Below the pieces are notes generated by a model. It was not told the origin of the DNA. It worked only from the letters and a program-made list of their open reading frames with translations, and searched no databases. From Chrysemys picta bellii (taxonomy: Eukaryota), in contig NC_088813.1 in the NCBI RefSeq assembly GCF_011386835.1, forward strand, positions 13,640,001 through 13,704,000: a DNA stretch of 64,000 nucleotides, written 5' to 3'. Position numbers and translations under genes: made by a program. Shown piece by piece: positions 63,497 to 64,000 of this stretch (positions are counted from its first letter, which is position 1; every line of letters starts with the position of its first letter).

Positions 63497-64000
63497 CTAA
63501 GGAGACAGGACATACAAAAATGGGAGGAATCATGAGCACTCACCACTAATCAGTTAGGCCTTGTCCTCTATTCAAATGCTACAGTGATGATGTGGTCTGA
63601 CTGGCTAGATAGAGAGGATCAGAAACATGCTAGTTCCAGATGAATTTCAGCAGTGTTGTTAATAGCAGGTTCTAAGACACTTTTCCTCATGTCTGTGCAG
63701 AGATTTATTTTTTTAAACTATTAACTATATTATAAAACTACCACGGACAACATAGCTCTAGAGCATAGTTCTTAGGAAAATAGTCCTTGTTTGCTCGAGT
63801 CAGGGAAACCTTGTTAACACTGTACTAACAATAGCTGTGTTTAAAGACAAATGTAGTTATTAGCATGGGCCTATGGAGCTGGACTTCATCCCAGTCAGTT
63901 ACAAACAGTCTCAAACGTGCAGTCATTTTATGAAGTTATCTAGTGTCAGACAGTGGACTGAGGGAGGGGGTGAGGAAGAAGAATCTTCATTGGTATTTTA

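Overview
Vertebrate genomic DNA, almost certainly a turtle: it has a tortoise-type tRNA-derived polIII/SINE with a CR1-like tail, plus CR1, LF-SINE-like, MIR-like, hAT and Harbinger-type repeats. The gene order TXLNA(+), CCDC28B(+), IQCC(+), DCDC2B(+), TMEM234(-) matches what I recall for human 1p35. All exons were placed by hand from splice sites and reading phase. The dominant structure is a ~19.3 kb direct repeat (1-16957 vs 19366-36282; the second unit starts at 16968), with the junction exactly at a 10-N gap (16958-16967). The unit runs from TXLNA intron 3 to CCDC28B intron 5. The most economical reading is an unpurged haplotype overlap between two contigs, i.e. a false duplication. If it is real, it creates a CCDC28B-TXLNA chimeric transcription unit with two in-frame splice routes. 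Other notable items: a textbook U12 (minor spliceosome) intron in CCDC28B that is cut by the duplication breakpoint; a GC-AG intron in TXLNA; a candidate 321-nt in-frame cassette exon built from a hAT transposon in DCDC2B intron 3; a G-run minisatellite at the start of IQCC intron 1; a solo LTR with a perfect 5-bp TSD; and an intragenic CpG-rich segment in DCDC2B. I did not find evidence of a wholly new multi-gene system. Most long ORFs in the ORF track are repeat or antisense artefacts. Repeat family names come from remembered consensus similarity, not from a database search.
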